NCBI RefSeq assembly: GCF_030144855.1
Contig: NW_026781759.1
Span: forward strand, 62,001-126,000
Source: Hypanus sabinus
Taxonomy: Eukaryota
Direction of reading: 5' to 3'
Length of the DNA stretch: 64,000 nucleotides
The position numbers and the translations under genes were made by a program. Positions 11,986 through 22,954 of this stretch are shown here, piece by piece (the stretch's first letter is position 1; each line of letters begins with the position of its first letter). The notes under the pieces are model-generated. The model did no database searches, was not told where the DNA came from, and saw nothing but the letters and a program-made list of their open reading frames with translations.

Positions 11986-12104
11986 CTTCCCTGGAGGTTT
12001 ATTCCTCTCCAAGTGAAAGTGTTGTGTTCAGGAGCAGTGAATCCACTCACTTCAGTCCCGCTTGTCATGTAACTCAGTGACCTGAATGGTCATTGGTGAT
12101 GCGG

Positions 12105-12612
12105 ATGGCCACGCCCCCTGTTCCTTTTGGCCAATCGGAATCGAAGCATGCGCAGTAATTCATTGCCGAATCATATTTGCCCCTTCTTGACTTTCCACAT
12201 CCCTTTCTCCCTTTCCGATCGATAGACAAGTGGTGATTGACTCTGTGTAANNNNNNNNNNNNNNNNNNNNNNNNNNNNNNNNNNNNNNNNNNNNNNNNNN
12301 NNNNNNNNNNNNNNNNNNNNNNNNNNNNNNNNNNNNNNNNNNNNNNNNNNNNNNNNNNNNNNNNNNNNNNNNNNNNNNNNNNNNNNNTGGTGGATTTAAA
12401 TGTGGAAGTAAACGTTGAAATTGAATGGGAGTCGGACAGTAGAAACAGGCAGATCAATAGTCATGGTTCCTGTCATGTGCTTGGTGTTTGGCGAAGAAAG
12501 GAGATCCCCTATTCCAGTGTTATCATTTGGAAAAATTCTCTGTAATTATTGGCACAGACGGAGCAGAGTGCAGGTAGGAAGCTGCTGTCTAGGGACTCTA
12601 TTTCTCTCTCCG

Positions 12613-12643
<31 letters not shown>

Positions 12644-12935
12644 CTCCCACCTCTTTTTTTCTCTCTCTCCCTCCCCCCACCCTTTATCTCTCGCTCTCTC
12701 TGCACCTTCCTGACTAAAGTTCCTGCTGATTCTCTCTCGGCTCTTAACTTTCTGATCGGTCTATCTCTTTATTTATTTATCTGGATATGTGTCTTTGTAT
12801 TTCAGTGCCGCAAATGGCCATTGCTGACACAGAAGGCCACGCCCCCTGCTTCTTTTAACTAATCTGAATCCAGACATGCGTCAGTAATACTCTGTCGAAT
12901 CGTCGTTGTCTCCTCATGACTTTCTATATCGCTTT
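12105..12935. repeat. Local duplication of V upstream/GC-box region (12105-12215 vs 12835-12935)
   Basis: ggccacgccccctgttccttttggccaatcggaatcgaagcatgcgcagtaat vs ggccacgccccctgcttcttttaactaatctgaatccagacatgcgtcagtaat. Confidence 0.7.
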
Positions 12936-13859
12936 CTCAGCGAGAGACGCGTAACGATTGCATTCTCTTCTTTCTTTATTTCACTCTTTCGCTCTCCCTC
13001 TCTCCTTCCATCCTTCCGTTTCTCCGTATCTTTTTTCCCTCACTGTAATTCTTCCTGAATTTCTCACGGCTCGTATCTCGGTTCTCTGTCTATCTCTTCG
13101 TTTATTTGTTTTGATATATATCTCTGTGAAGAACGCCGAAGCGATGAACAACACCGTGGGCCAAATGAGACAATCTCAGATCAGTCAGAATGAGAAATTA
13201 CCGCGGATTATCGGACAGCTTACTCGAATTTGATCAGCACTTAGGATCCGGACTTCAACCTCCTAACGGTACCGCAAAGAAAAATACAAATGCCCTTTAC
13301 CATGTTTAATCCCGTCCGGCGGAGAGGACGTATTATTTCCATGACTAAACACAAAGGTGAAAGGGACGGCCCTTGACTGGTGCTTGGTCATACGTGATCG
13401 GACGTTCGAGTTTAGGGACATGAGCTTGGAAGGGCCTTTCGATCTTTCGACTCTCTACCCACGTCGGACTACCTGAGTTCACCAGGTACTGTTATGTGTT
13501 TCCATTNNNNNNNNNNNNNNNNNNNNNNNNNNNNNNNNNNNNNNNNNNNNNNNNNNNNNNNNNNNNNNNNNNNNNNNNNNNNNNNNNNNNNNNNNNNNNN
13601 NNNNNNNNNNNNNNNNNNNNNNNNNNNNNNNNNNNNNNNNNNNNNNNNNNNNNNNNNNNNNNNNNNNNNNNNNNNNNGAGTGCGCCCTCTGTCTTTCTCT
13701 TCCCCCAACCTCCCAACTCTCTCTCTCCCTCTCTCTCTACCCTCCCCCCACCTCTCTCTCTCTCTCTCTCTGCAACCGTCTCTTGCGAGCGCGCCCTCTA
13801 TCTTTCTCTTCCCCCACCCTACCCACTCTCTCTCTCCCCCCTCCCACCAACTCTCTCTC

Positions 13860-14325
13860 TCTGTTATACCCGGAAGATTCTGGCCGCTCCACAATCACCC
13901 TAAAACAGCGCACCCCAGTGAACTATTATGAGACACGCAACAGGCGAGACAGCACTGACTCCGACTCACTCTGACTCAGACACAACGAGAGCCATTGAAA
14001 CGGAGTGAAGAACTGCCGTTGACTACCCTGCAGGATATTAGCATATTCGCGTTTGGTCCGCGTTCAATTCGGTGCAGGGCCCCACAAACCCTCGGAAAAA
14101 TCGCTGATGTCCCCTTCCAAGCTGAAGGAGACGCCGTTTAAATGCCCTATCCGGCAGTGCATCACCGAAAAGCGCGTTAACGAGTTATCAGTGAGCAGAA
14201 GAGGAAGTCTATCTGATACTGCACTACAGAGGGCATTCCGTGCCCCCGTACCCCCAGACCTGTAATTTTAACTTACGCGGGATCGCCACCGGAATCAGCG
14301 GGAGGCAAAGTGACCACAGCACCGT
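13860..14325 (-). pseudogene. V relic: leader exon 14277-14325 (ACG start) plus V-exon stub near 13860-13899, interrupted by a GA-rich tract and an N-gap
   Basis: 49-nt leader TVLWSLCLPLIPVAIP-c|gtaagt is homologous to the 2606 leader (shared gcctcccgctgat...c|gtaagt). Stub gtgattgtggagcgg (VIVER) is homologous to VIVEQ at ~3215. CRE ttacgtcact is at 14446-14455. Confidence 0.6.
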
Positions 14326-15962
14326 CGCTTAGAGGATGAGGGTAGTTCCGCCGTGTGGAACCAAATGTATCTCAGTATCAGATGTCAGGGACGTCACTCT
14401 GCGCGGCCTGGTAAAGGAAATGTCTTTCGGTTGGCTGCGTGACAATTACGTCACTTCCGTAGCTGTGTCCATCCATTGAATGGTTTACGGTGTTGAGAAG
14501 CTGACGGCAAGAGCCGAGGTTTAGATGATTCGAAGCCCGGTGGCACATTTCCCGGGGAAAACGTTTGAAAGAAATTGGCACATAGGTTCTCGGGACCCCA
14601 ATACGCACCGCAATAGTCATCCAATTTATTTATTTATTTTTCGTTTCTTGACCGTGGCATCGCTTCTATGACGGAACGGACCCGCCCTTCGCCATAGCCT
14701 CACAGCAAACCGGAATCCAACTGTCATCATGTTCTCTTCTGTGTTGAGGTGAGTGATGGTGGTCCAGGCTCCCACGCTTCCGTAGGATTCATTTCCCAAT
14801 TACTTTAAACCTGCTTCCCATGGATATGTCCCTTCCAGCTTTGGATATTCCAAAGGCATTTGCATTCTAGACCTGGAATAACTCACAATTTAGTGCCGGC
14901 CATTTTAACTGCCGCATGAGATCTCAGGCGATCTTTTCGCTGGCGGTGTACATTCCACCTCAGGCTCATGCCAAACGGCCTCTGGACGAAGTGTGCGATT
15001 TAATCAACAGATAAGAAATAGCCCGTCCCGATGCCTTCCCTGGCGTGTTGGTGGACTTTAACCTGACCGGCCTGATAATGTCACTAATAATTATTACCAC
15101 CAGATCACCCGCAGTACCGGAGGAAATCATACTCTGAACCACTGTTACACTGAGATCCAGGGATTTGTCCACCACCCCTTGCTCTTTCCGTTCCCTGTTA
15201 GGGATACCAACTTACCTCTTACCGTCTCACCAGTCCATCATGTCATTCCGGTTCCGCCCCTCCTGCACCTTTTCCCATGAGTCACCACTCTCCAATGTCA
15301 GCTGACCTCCACTTCCTCTCTTTATCTATTCAAGCTGTCTCCTCCCAGCATCTCATACAGAAGCACTCACAACCGCATCCAACCATCTTTCTCCCTCGCC
15401 TGAACTTTCCTATCACATTCCAGCCTGTATTTCTTCAAAGAGTGTATTCCCCCCATTGTTCGCCGTTTGTCGCTTTGCCCTCCCATCATGGACTATTTGT
15501 TAATCATGCAATTATATAAGGTGGTCCCCCTGTCGCTTGACACTTCCCAGCATTGACAATGTTTACGTCCGACCCTTATACACCGGGGTCCCTCTGATCC
15601 TCAACACTCTCCAACGTCCCAGCTTGTGCTGTGCTTCGGCGAATGAACAAAAGGGATAAAGAGCGGTAGATTTGATCCTCCGGACGGCACATTATGAGCG
15701 ATGGTCAGTCGCGCTCAAAGGTTACGAGCCTCTGGCGCTGGAGATATGCGGGGAGACTGCACATAAAAAGGAATGATGGAGTGGAGAGATCAGTAAACGG
15801 ATTACGTTCAGCCACATGAATGCTTAAACAGGGGAACACATTACGTGCAATACTTCCGCCCCCTCTCTCACTGATTGATCGCTAGGATAGATCCTCCTCC
15901 TAACCACCGACTTACGTCGCATTTCCTGCTCAGCGGCCAACAGTAACTCTTTTGACTGTGAG

Positions 15963-16001
15963 AGTTTTTGTACAGCTTCTCCGTCACTCGGAGCCACCGT
16001 G
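15963..16001 (-). other. 23-RSS
   Basis: cacggtg + gctccgagtgacggagaagctgt (23 nt) + acaaaaact. Confidence 0.95.
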
Positions 16002-16635
16002 CTCACTCCAAGCGCAGAAATACACGGCCGACGAATTTGTCTCCAGTTTGCCAGACTTCAGAGAGAACAGGCTGGTCTGCGGTCTCTCTGCCGTAAAACC
16101 GTCGACCAATTCCTTTGGGTACACGAAATTAGCAGTCGGTGAGTAAAACATGTTCTCCGGACCCTTTCCCTGGTATTGACGGTACCAGTACATGTAGTTA
16201 TCAGCACTGGTACTACCCTCGACTGTACAATGCAGGGTCACCTTCCGGCCGGCAGTTCCGGAGAAAGCCGGAGTCTGGTGGATCGTCACCGAGGTCGCGT
16301 CTGGAAAAAGAGACGGGATTGGCTGAACGGGTGAATGAACACGGACACGCGGGAAGCTGGTAAGTGGGAGAAACATGGTGAATTGACGGAAGAAAAGATC
16401 AGAATCGATGTGGGCAAATCTCCAAAGGAGTTTGGAATGTAGAGGCGGATGCAGATGAAAGATATTCTTCGGAAGCGTGAGATCGCAAACAATTAAAGAA
16501 TCACTCCGAGAGTACTGGAGGGTAAAATAAAATGAAGGGAATGGGAAAGCAGAACAGAAGCTAAGAATGAAAATTAATATTTGGGGATTTACATGGACTG
16601 TGGAAGGCGAGGATGAAGATCAGAAACAGAAACAT
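16002..16635 (-). CDS. TRBV: TCR-beta V gene segment, apparently functional, TRBV30-like (leader 16593-16635; V exon 16002-16300)
   Basis: Leader MFLFLIFILAFHSP-t|gtaaat and acceptor tttttccag|ac. Open frame ATSVTIHQTPAFSGTAGRKVTLHCTVEGSTSADNYMYWYRQYQGKGPENMFYSPTANFVYPKELVDGFTAERPQTSLFSLKSGKLETNSSAVYFCAWSE, with a canonical RSS. Confidence 0.9.
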
Positions 16636-17481
16636 CTTCCTTGGAGGGTTTATTCTCTCAGTGATGAATGTTATTCGTGCATCAGAGAAAAATGTATTCA
16701 CATCAATCCCGCTTGTGACATATTTCAGTGACGTAGGTATATTTGCGTGACGATCGATGGACCACGCCGCATCTATGCTTCAACACGATTCGGGAGTTGC
16801 GCTACTTCCGCTCTACCAGGTTGACCAGTCAACACTCTTGCTCTCGCCGTCCCACCCTCTCTCTTTCTTCATCTCCCCCCCCCCCCCCGCCCCATTTCAC
16901 TGTGGATTAACTTCAGCTCCAAACTCTTTGTAATTTTAGAAATTCACATAAATGGTGGACCGTTCATCACCGGACGCCNNNNNNNNNNNNNNNNNNNNNN
17001 NNNNNNNNNNNNNNNNNNNNNNNNNNNNNNNNNNNNNNNNNNNNNNNNNNNNNNNNNNNNNNNNNNNNNNNNNNNNNNNNNNNNNNNNNNNNNNNNNNNN
17101 NNNNNNNNNNNNNNNNNNNNNNNNNNNNNNNNNNNNACCCTCCACCACCTTCCTACCCGGAACTCGCTACGTCCAGTGATTTTTATTGCCCCTATGACAT
17201 TGAAGGTGAGGAAAACTACACAGCCGGGGAAAGGTGAACTCCCTTTCATGGAAATCAGGTATATCGTGTAATGAGGTTCACACATCCTGTTAAAATATTG
17301 TGTTCTGCATGGGGTAGCCGTCGACATACGATGTCTCACTTTTGTCTCTCTGTCTGAGCCTCTGTCTCTTTCTCCTAGCCACTGTTGCAAAGCAACCCAA
17401 GAGAAAATTCACCTTTACAAATATAATGTGTCCCTTTCATTCCTTTCGAAAAATCTGATATAAATTTTACTTCTGCGCATT

Positions 17482-17497
17482 TCGCCCCCTAGTGGTA
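17482..17497 (-). promoter_or_regulatory. Strong CTCF-binding-element consensus at the edge of the V cluster
   Basis: Revcomp taCCACTAGGGGGCGa is a near-perfect CTCF core. Confidence 0.7.
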
Positions 17498-18419
17498 GCA
17501 GCCTGTGCCTCCACACGTCGCCCTAGGATCGAGCTGAATGTCAGAGAAGTAGAGAGAATAGATTTGTGAGCAAGACCAGATTCTTTTCCACTATCTTACC
17601 TCAAGGATATGTGTCCGTGCACACCTTCATGCTCTTACAAGTTTGCAGGCTGAAATCATTTTTTTTAAATTCCAAACTTCTCTTCCGTGTTGCTCTGTTT
17701 GGCAGATGTACCAAGCATTAATCAGACTTAAATCTTTCTTTTCAAGGGCCGAATTGAAAATTTGGTCTCAGGTTGGCTTCACTGACTTGAATCCCGAAGC
17801 AAGCACGAGCATGAAATGTGAAGGGCCGAACTTGCGTCATCTGATCTGCCATGCTGTCTATCCGGCATCCATTCGCAGATGAAGGGGCTCATTCCGAAAA
17901 TTTCGAATCATTCTCGTGTACGTCCTTTGACTCTTTCCAATTTCAGCTTATCCATTCTCAGGTAAGGGGACCAATAAAGCTCACAACAACCCAAGTCAAG
18001 CCTCCCAGTGCTTTATCAAGTCTCAACACCACATCCTTGCTTTTATATTCTAGTTCTCCCGAAATAAATGCAAACAACTTATATGCCTTCAGCAACACCG
18101 ACTTAACCGGCAAGTTCACCATTACGGAATCTTTAATGAGAACATCCAAATCCATTTGGAAATTATTTTTTTTTTAATTTTCTCTCTATTTAGAATAAAG
18201 TCAATCTTCGTATTTTTTTCCACTGGAGTGCATGACAATACACGTCACGTGACTGCCGTCTGTTTGCCTTTTCCACCAATCAGTCCTCAGTCTTTCGGCA
18301 ACCACTCAGCTTCTTAAAAGTATTTGTCCCTCCACTTATCTTCGTACATTCGTCAACGCTGGCCACAAAGCCATCAATTCCGTCTTCCAAATCATTGAGA
18401 GACAACGTATAAGAATGTG

Positions 18420-18880
18420 GTCCCACCAAAGACTCCTGTGGAACACCACTAGTTATCGCTTATTCTCTCTCTATTCCTCCTGCAAGGCACCCGCGCTGTA
18501 TCCACGCCCGGATCGTTCCTGTAGTAGCATGGTTCATGTTATGCAGCTTCATGTACGGCGCATTGTCAAATGCCTTCAGAGAATTCAGGGACACACCTCC
18601 ACGATTCCCCTTACTCTATACTGCTTGCTATTTCTTCAAGAAAGTCCACCAGATTACACAGGCGATCGAGGGAGGTTCGGTTCCCGTACCAGGCAGTGAT
18701 GCAGCCGGTCAGGATGCTGTCGATTGTGCCCCTGTAGGAAGTCCTCAGTTCCTCTGGACAGTCTCGGACAATACCTCAGTACTGGCGAGAACGATTGGCA
18801 GCTGTTGTTGCGATGCAAGTCAGTGTCACCCTCTGAAGCAATCTTTGGCCCGTCCAGCTTGAGAACTAAATGGAAGTTTT
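18420..18880 (-). mobile_element. Rex1/Babar-type LINE 3' remnant
   Basis: Minus-strand frameshifted F(Y/L)(R/Q)GTIDSILTGCITAWY motif. Confidence 0.6.
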
Positions 18881-18929
18881 TCTCATGATTAAGTAGAAAA
18901 CCTGCAGCACAATACAGGCCCTCGGCCCA

Positions 18930-19450
18930 CAAAGATCTGCCGAACACGTCCCTACCTGAGAAGTTACTAGGCTTACCTATAGCCCTCTATGTTTATAAGC
19001 TCCATGCGCTTATTCGAAAGTCTGTTAAAAGACGCTATCTTATCTGCCTCCAGCACCGTTGCAGGCAGCCCATTCCACGCATTCGCCACTCTCTGAGTAG
19101 AAGTCTTACCCCAGACATCTCCTCCGTACTTCTCCCCAGCACCTTAAACCTGTGTCCTCATGTGGCAGCCATTTGAGTCCTGGGGAAAAAGCCTCTGACT
19201 ATCCACACGATCAATGCCTCTCATCATCTTGTACACCTCTATCAGATCACCTCTCATCCTCCGTCGCTCCAAAGAGAAAAGGCCGAGTTCACTCGACTTA
19301 TTCTCATAAGGCAATTCCCCCAATCCAGGCAATGTCCTTGTAAATCCCTTCTGTACCCTTTCTATGTAAATCCCTTCTGTACCCTTTCTATGGTTTCCTC
19401 CTCCTCCCTGTAGAACTGAGCTCAATAATGCAAGTGGGGTCTGACCGGGG
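18930..19450 (-). mobile_element. CR1 LINE 3' end
   Basis: LGLFSLERRRMRGDLIEVYKMMRGIDRVDSQRLFP. Confidence 0.85.
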
Positions 19451-19809
19451 TTCTATATAGCAAGATAACTCTTAATTTTTCTTCCACAATTAGACAGAGT
19501 AACCTACCGTAGGACCATTAAGCTGTGGAAGCAGAGTGAGGCCGTTTGGCCCATTGAGTCTGATCCGCCATTTCATCAGGGGTGATGCATTTTCCCTCTC
19601 CACCCCAATCTCCAGCCTATTCCTCGCAACCCTTCATACCCTGACCAACCTACCAACTCTTGCCTTAAGTATGCCCTATGACTTGAACTCCGCAGTCACC
19701 TGTGGCAGAGAATTTCACCTTTCACATCTCCAGCTAAGGTAATTCCTCATGATTTCTTGACTAAAAGAACGCCCCTCCATTTTGAGGCTCTGTCCTCTGG
19801 CTGGATCAG

Positions 19810-22250
19810 ACAGGACAGCCAATACGGTACAGGAGGTGTTGTATCTAAACGCACGTAGTTTAAGAGATAAGGCTGATAATCAGTTTGCAATATTACAGAT
19901 TGCAAGGTATGATGTTCTGGCCATCACTGAATCGTGGCTGAAGGATGGTTGTGATTGGGTGCTGAATGTCCAAGGTTACACGCCATATGGGAGGGGTAGA
20001 AAGATAGTCAGAGGGGGTCGTGTGGTAAAGAATGGCATCAAATTGGCAGAAAGCTGTGACAGAGGATCAGAAGGTGTTGGATGATTGCAGTTTGAGTTAA
20101 AAAACGGCAAGGGTAAAGGGACGTTGATGGCTGTTATATACAAGCCTCCCAACAGTGGCTCGGAGGTTGACCACAGATTACAACAGGAAATAGAAGAGGC
20201 GAGTCGAAAGAGTAATGTTATTGGAAATTTTAACATGCAGTTCGATTGGGACAATCATTTTGGCAATGGATCTCCAGAGAGTGAGTGTGTTGAATGTATT
20301 AGAAGTAGCGTTTTAGATCAGTTTGTCGATAAGCCTATTAGAGGATCAGCCATACTGGATTGGGTGTTATGAAATGAACCGGAGAGGATTAGGGAACATT
20401 AGGTAAAAGGACCCTGAGGAACCAGTGATCACAATATGATGGTGTTCAGCTGAAATTTGACAGGAGAAAGTAACATCTGATGTGGCAGAATTTCAATGTA
20501 GTGAGGGAAATTATTGTGGTATGAGAGATGAGTTGGCCAAAGTAAATTGGAAGGAGCTGCTGGCAGGGATGTCAACAGTGCAGCAATGGAGTGCGTTTCT
20601 GGGAAAAATGAGGAAGGTGCAGGTCATCAGTGTTCCGAAAATGAAGGAATACTCCAGTGGTAAAATAATACAACGGTGGCTGACTAGGGAAGTCAAAGCC
20701 ATTATAAAAGTGAAAGAAATGACATACCACAAAGCAATAATTAGTGGGAAGGTAGAGGACTGGGAACTTTTTTTAAAACCTGCAGAGAGTAACTAAAAAA
20801 ATAATTAGAAGGGAACAGATGAAATACAAATAACAATTTTCAACTAATGTAAAAGTGGATAGTAAAAAGGTTTTTTGAAAGTATGCTAAAAGTAAAAGAG
20901 AAATGAAAGTGAATACATGACTGCTAGAAAATGATGCAGGGGAATTAATAACGGGGAAAAATGTTGGCTGTGCAAGTAAATGAGTATATTGAGTCAATCT
21001 TAACTGGGGAAAAATACAAGCAGCATGCCAGATGCTGTAGTGTGTGAAGGAAGAGAAGTGGGCGGATTCACTGTTACAAGAGAGAAGTTGCTCAAAACGC
21101 TGAAAGACCTGAAGGTACGTAAGTCATCCGGACCAGATGAACGTCTGAAAGACGTAGCATTAGAGATTGTGGTGTTATTAGAAATGATCTTTCAAAAATA
21201 ATTGGACCGCGAAATGGTCCCAGAGATCTGGAAAATTGCAGATGTTACTCCAATCTTTACAAAAGGGAGGAAGGCAGCAGATAGGAAATTACAGACCAGT
21301 TAGTCTGTCCTCGGTTGTTGGGAAGAAGTTGGAGTCAATTGTTAAGGATGAGGTGATGGAGTACTTGGTGACACAGGACAAGACAGTACAAAGTCAACAT
21401 TGTTTCCTTCAGGGAAAATCCTGCCTGACGAACCTGTTGGAATTCTTTGAGGAGATTACAGGTAGGATAGATAAAGGAGATGCAGTGGCTGTTGTATGTT
21501 TCGACTTTCCGAAGGCTTTTGACAAGGTGCCAAAAATGAGGTAGGTAGCAGATGAGGACAATGGTCAGGAAAGTGGCAGGTGAAATACAATTTTAGAAAA
21601 TGTATGGTCATGTACTTTGGAAATAGAAAGAAATGGGCGGACTGTTTTCTAAACGGGAAAAAAAAATCAAAAAATCTTTGATGCCAAGACTCCTGGGAGA
21701 CCATCTGCAGAACCCCCCCCCCCCCCCGTAGGGTAACTTGCAGGTTGAGTCGGTGGTGAGGAAAGCAAATGCGATGTTAGCATTCATTTCCCGAGGTCTG
21801 GAATACACGAGCAGGGATGTGATGCTGAGGATTTATAAGGCACTGGTGAGGCTTTAACTTCAGTATTGTGAACAACTTTGGGCCTCTCATCTTCGAAGAA
21901 ATGTGCTGGCATTGTATATTGTTCAGAGGAGGTTCACAGGGATGATTCCAGGGATGACAGGATTATCATCCGAGGAAGGTTTGATGGCTGTGGGTCTGTA
22001 CACGTTGGAATTCAGGAGGATGAGAGGGGGATCTCATTGAAACCTTTCGAATATTGAAAGGGACTAGACAGAGTAGATGCGGAAAGGATGTTTCCCATGG
22101 TGGGAGATTTTAGGACAAGAGGGCACTGTTTCAGGACAGAAGGGCGTCCTTTCAAAACCGAGATGCAGAGAATTTTCTTTAGCCAGAGGATGGTAAATTT
22201 ATGGAATTTGTTGCCGCTGGCAGCTGTGGAGGCCCAGTCGCGATGCAGCT
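19810..22250 (+). mobile_element. Decayed CR1 LINE ORF2 (APE endonuclease + RT)
   Basis: VLYLNARSLRDK...LAITESWL; VIYKPPNS; GNFNMQFDW; NYRPVSLSSVVGK...SCLTNLLEFFEE...DFPKAFDKVP. Many stops and frameshifts. Confidence 0.9.
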
Positions 22251-22299
22251 CTCAGGCAGAGTAGACGCGATGGGCCAGATGTCCTAATTCTACTCCTAT

Positions 22300-22950
22300 G
22301 TCTAATGGTCTTTCACTCTCCTACCACAGGAATCAAATTCGCCACGTCCGATCTATACCGGTCTTTCAACATTCGATAGGCTTCAATTACTTCACCCCTC
22401 ATTCTTATAAATTCCAGTACGTGCAGGCCCAAACTCCCTTCATATAATAAGCAGTTTAATGCTGGAATCATTTTCGTGAAACTCTTTTGAACTCTGTCCA
22501 GGTTCAGCATGACCTCTCTGGGATATTGGGCCAAAACTGCTCGCAATACCCGGCAGTGGTTTAGAAAACTGCAACATTACGTCGTTGCTTTGACCCACGT
22601 CCTCTTGACATTAGTGCTAAAAATTCAATTTCCTTCCTCACCGCCGACTCAAGGTGCACATTAACCCTCAGGGAATCCTGCACCAGGAATCCCATGTCCA
22701 TTTCAGCCTCAGATGTTTATATATTCTGTCCATTTATAACATATCCAACCCTTTCCTATCTTCCACCAAAGTTCAGGATCATGCACTTCCCGACACTGTG
22801 TTCCAGCTGACATTTCTTTGCCCATTCTCCAAATCTGTCTAGGTCCTTCCGTAGCCTCTCTGTTCCCGCAAAACTATCTGTCTGTCCAATCACTTTCATA
22901 TCCTCCACAAACTTGGCAACAAAGCCACCAGTTCCATCATCCACATCATT
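22300..22950 (-). mobile_element. CR1 LINE RT fragment
   Basis: FVAKFVEDMKVIG...LRKDLDRFGEWAKKCQLEHSVGKCMILNFG; LDRVQKSFTKMIP. Confidence 0.85.
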
Positions 22951-22954
22951 TACA

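Noticed and set aside
13230-13506. Possible continuation of the 13899 V stub (ETHNSTW*TQ...LYFSLR)
   Set aside because: The resemblance to V motifs is too weak and there is no RSS at the correct spacing. Only the leader and stub are reported.
9957-16300. Interpretation of the V genes as IgNAR/NAR-TCR or IgH V
   Set aside because: They have full-length CDR2, CAWS ends, CRE rather than octamer promoters, and no clustered D/J. This fits conventional TCR-beta V better.
11080-16900. cactgtg heptamers at ~11080 and ~16899 as D/J RSSs
   Set aside because: There is no nonamer at 12 or 23 nt and no FGxG J motif. No D, J or C segment is supported in this window.
587-17390. Long ORFs full of X (587-1120, 7660-8512, 12074-12717, 13469-13931, 16936-17390)
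   Set aside because: They span N-gaps or CT/GA microsatellites and give no coding evidence.
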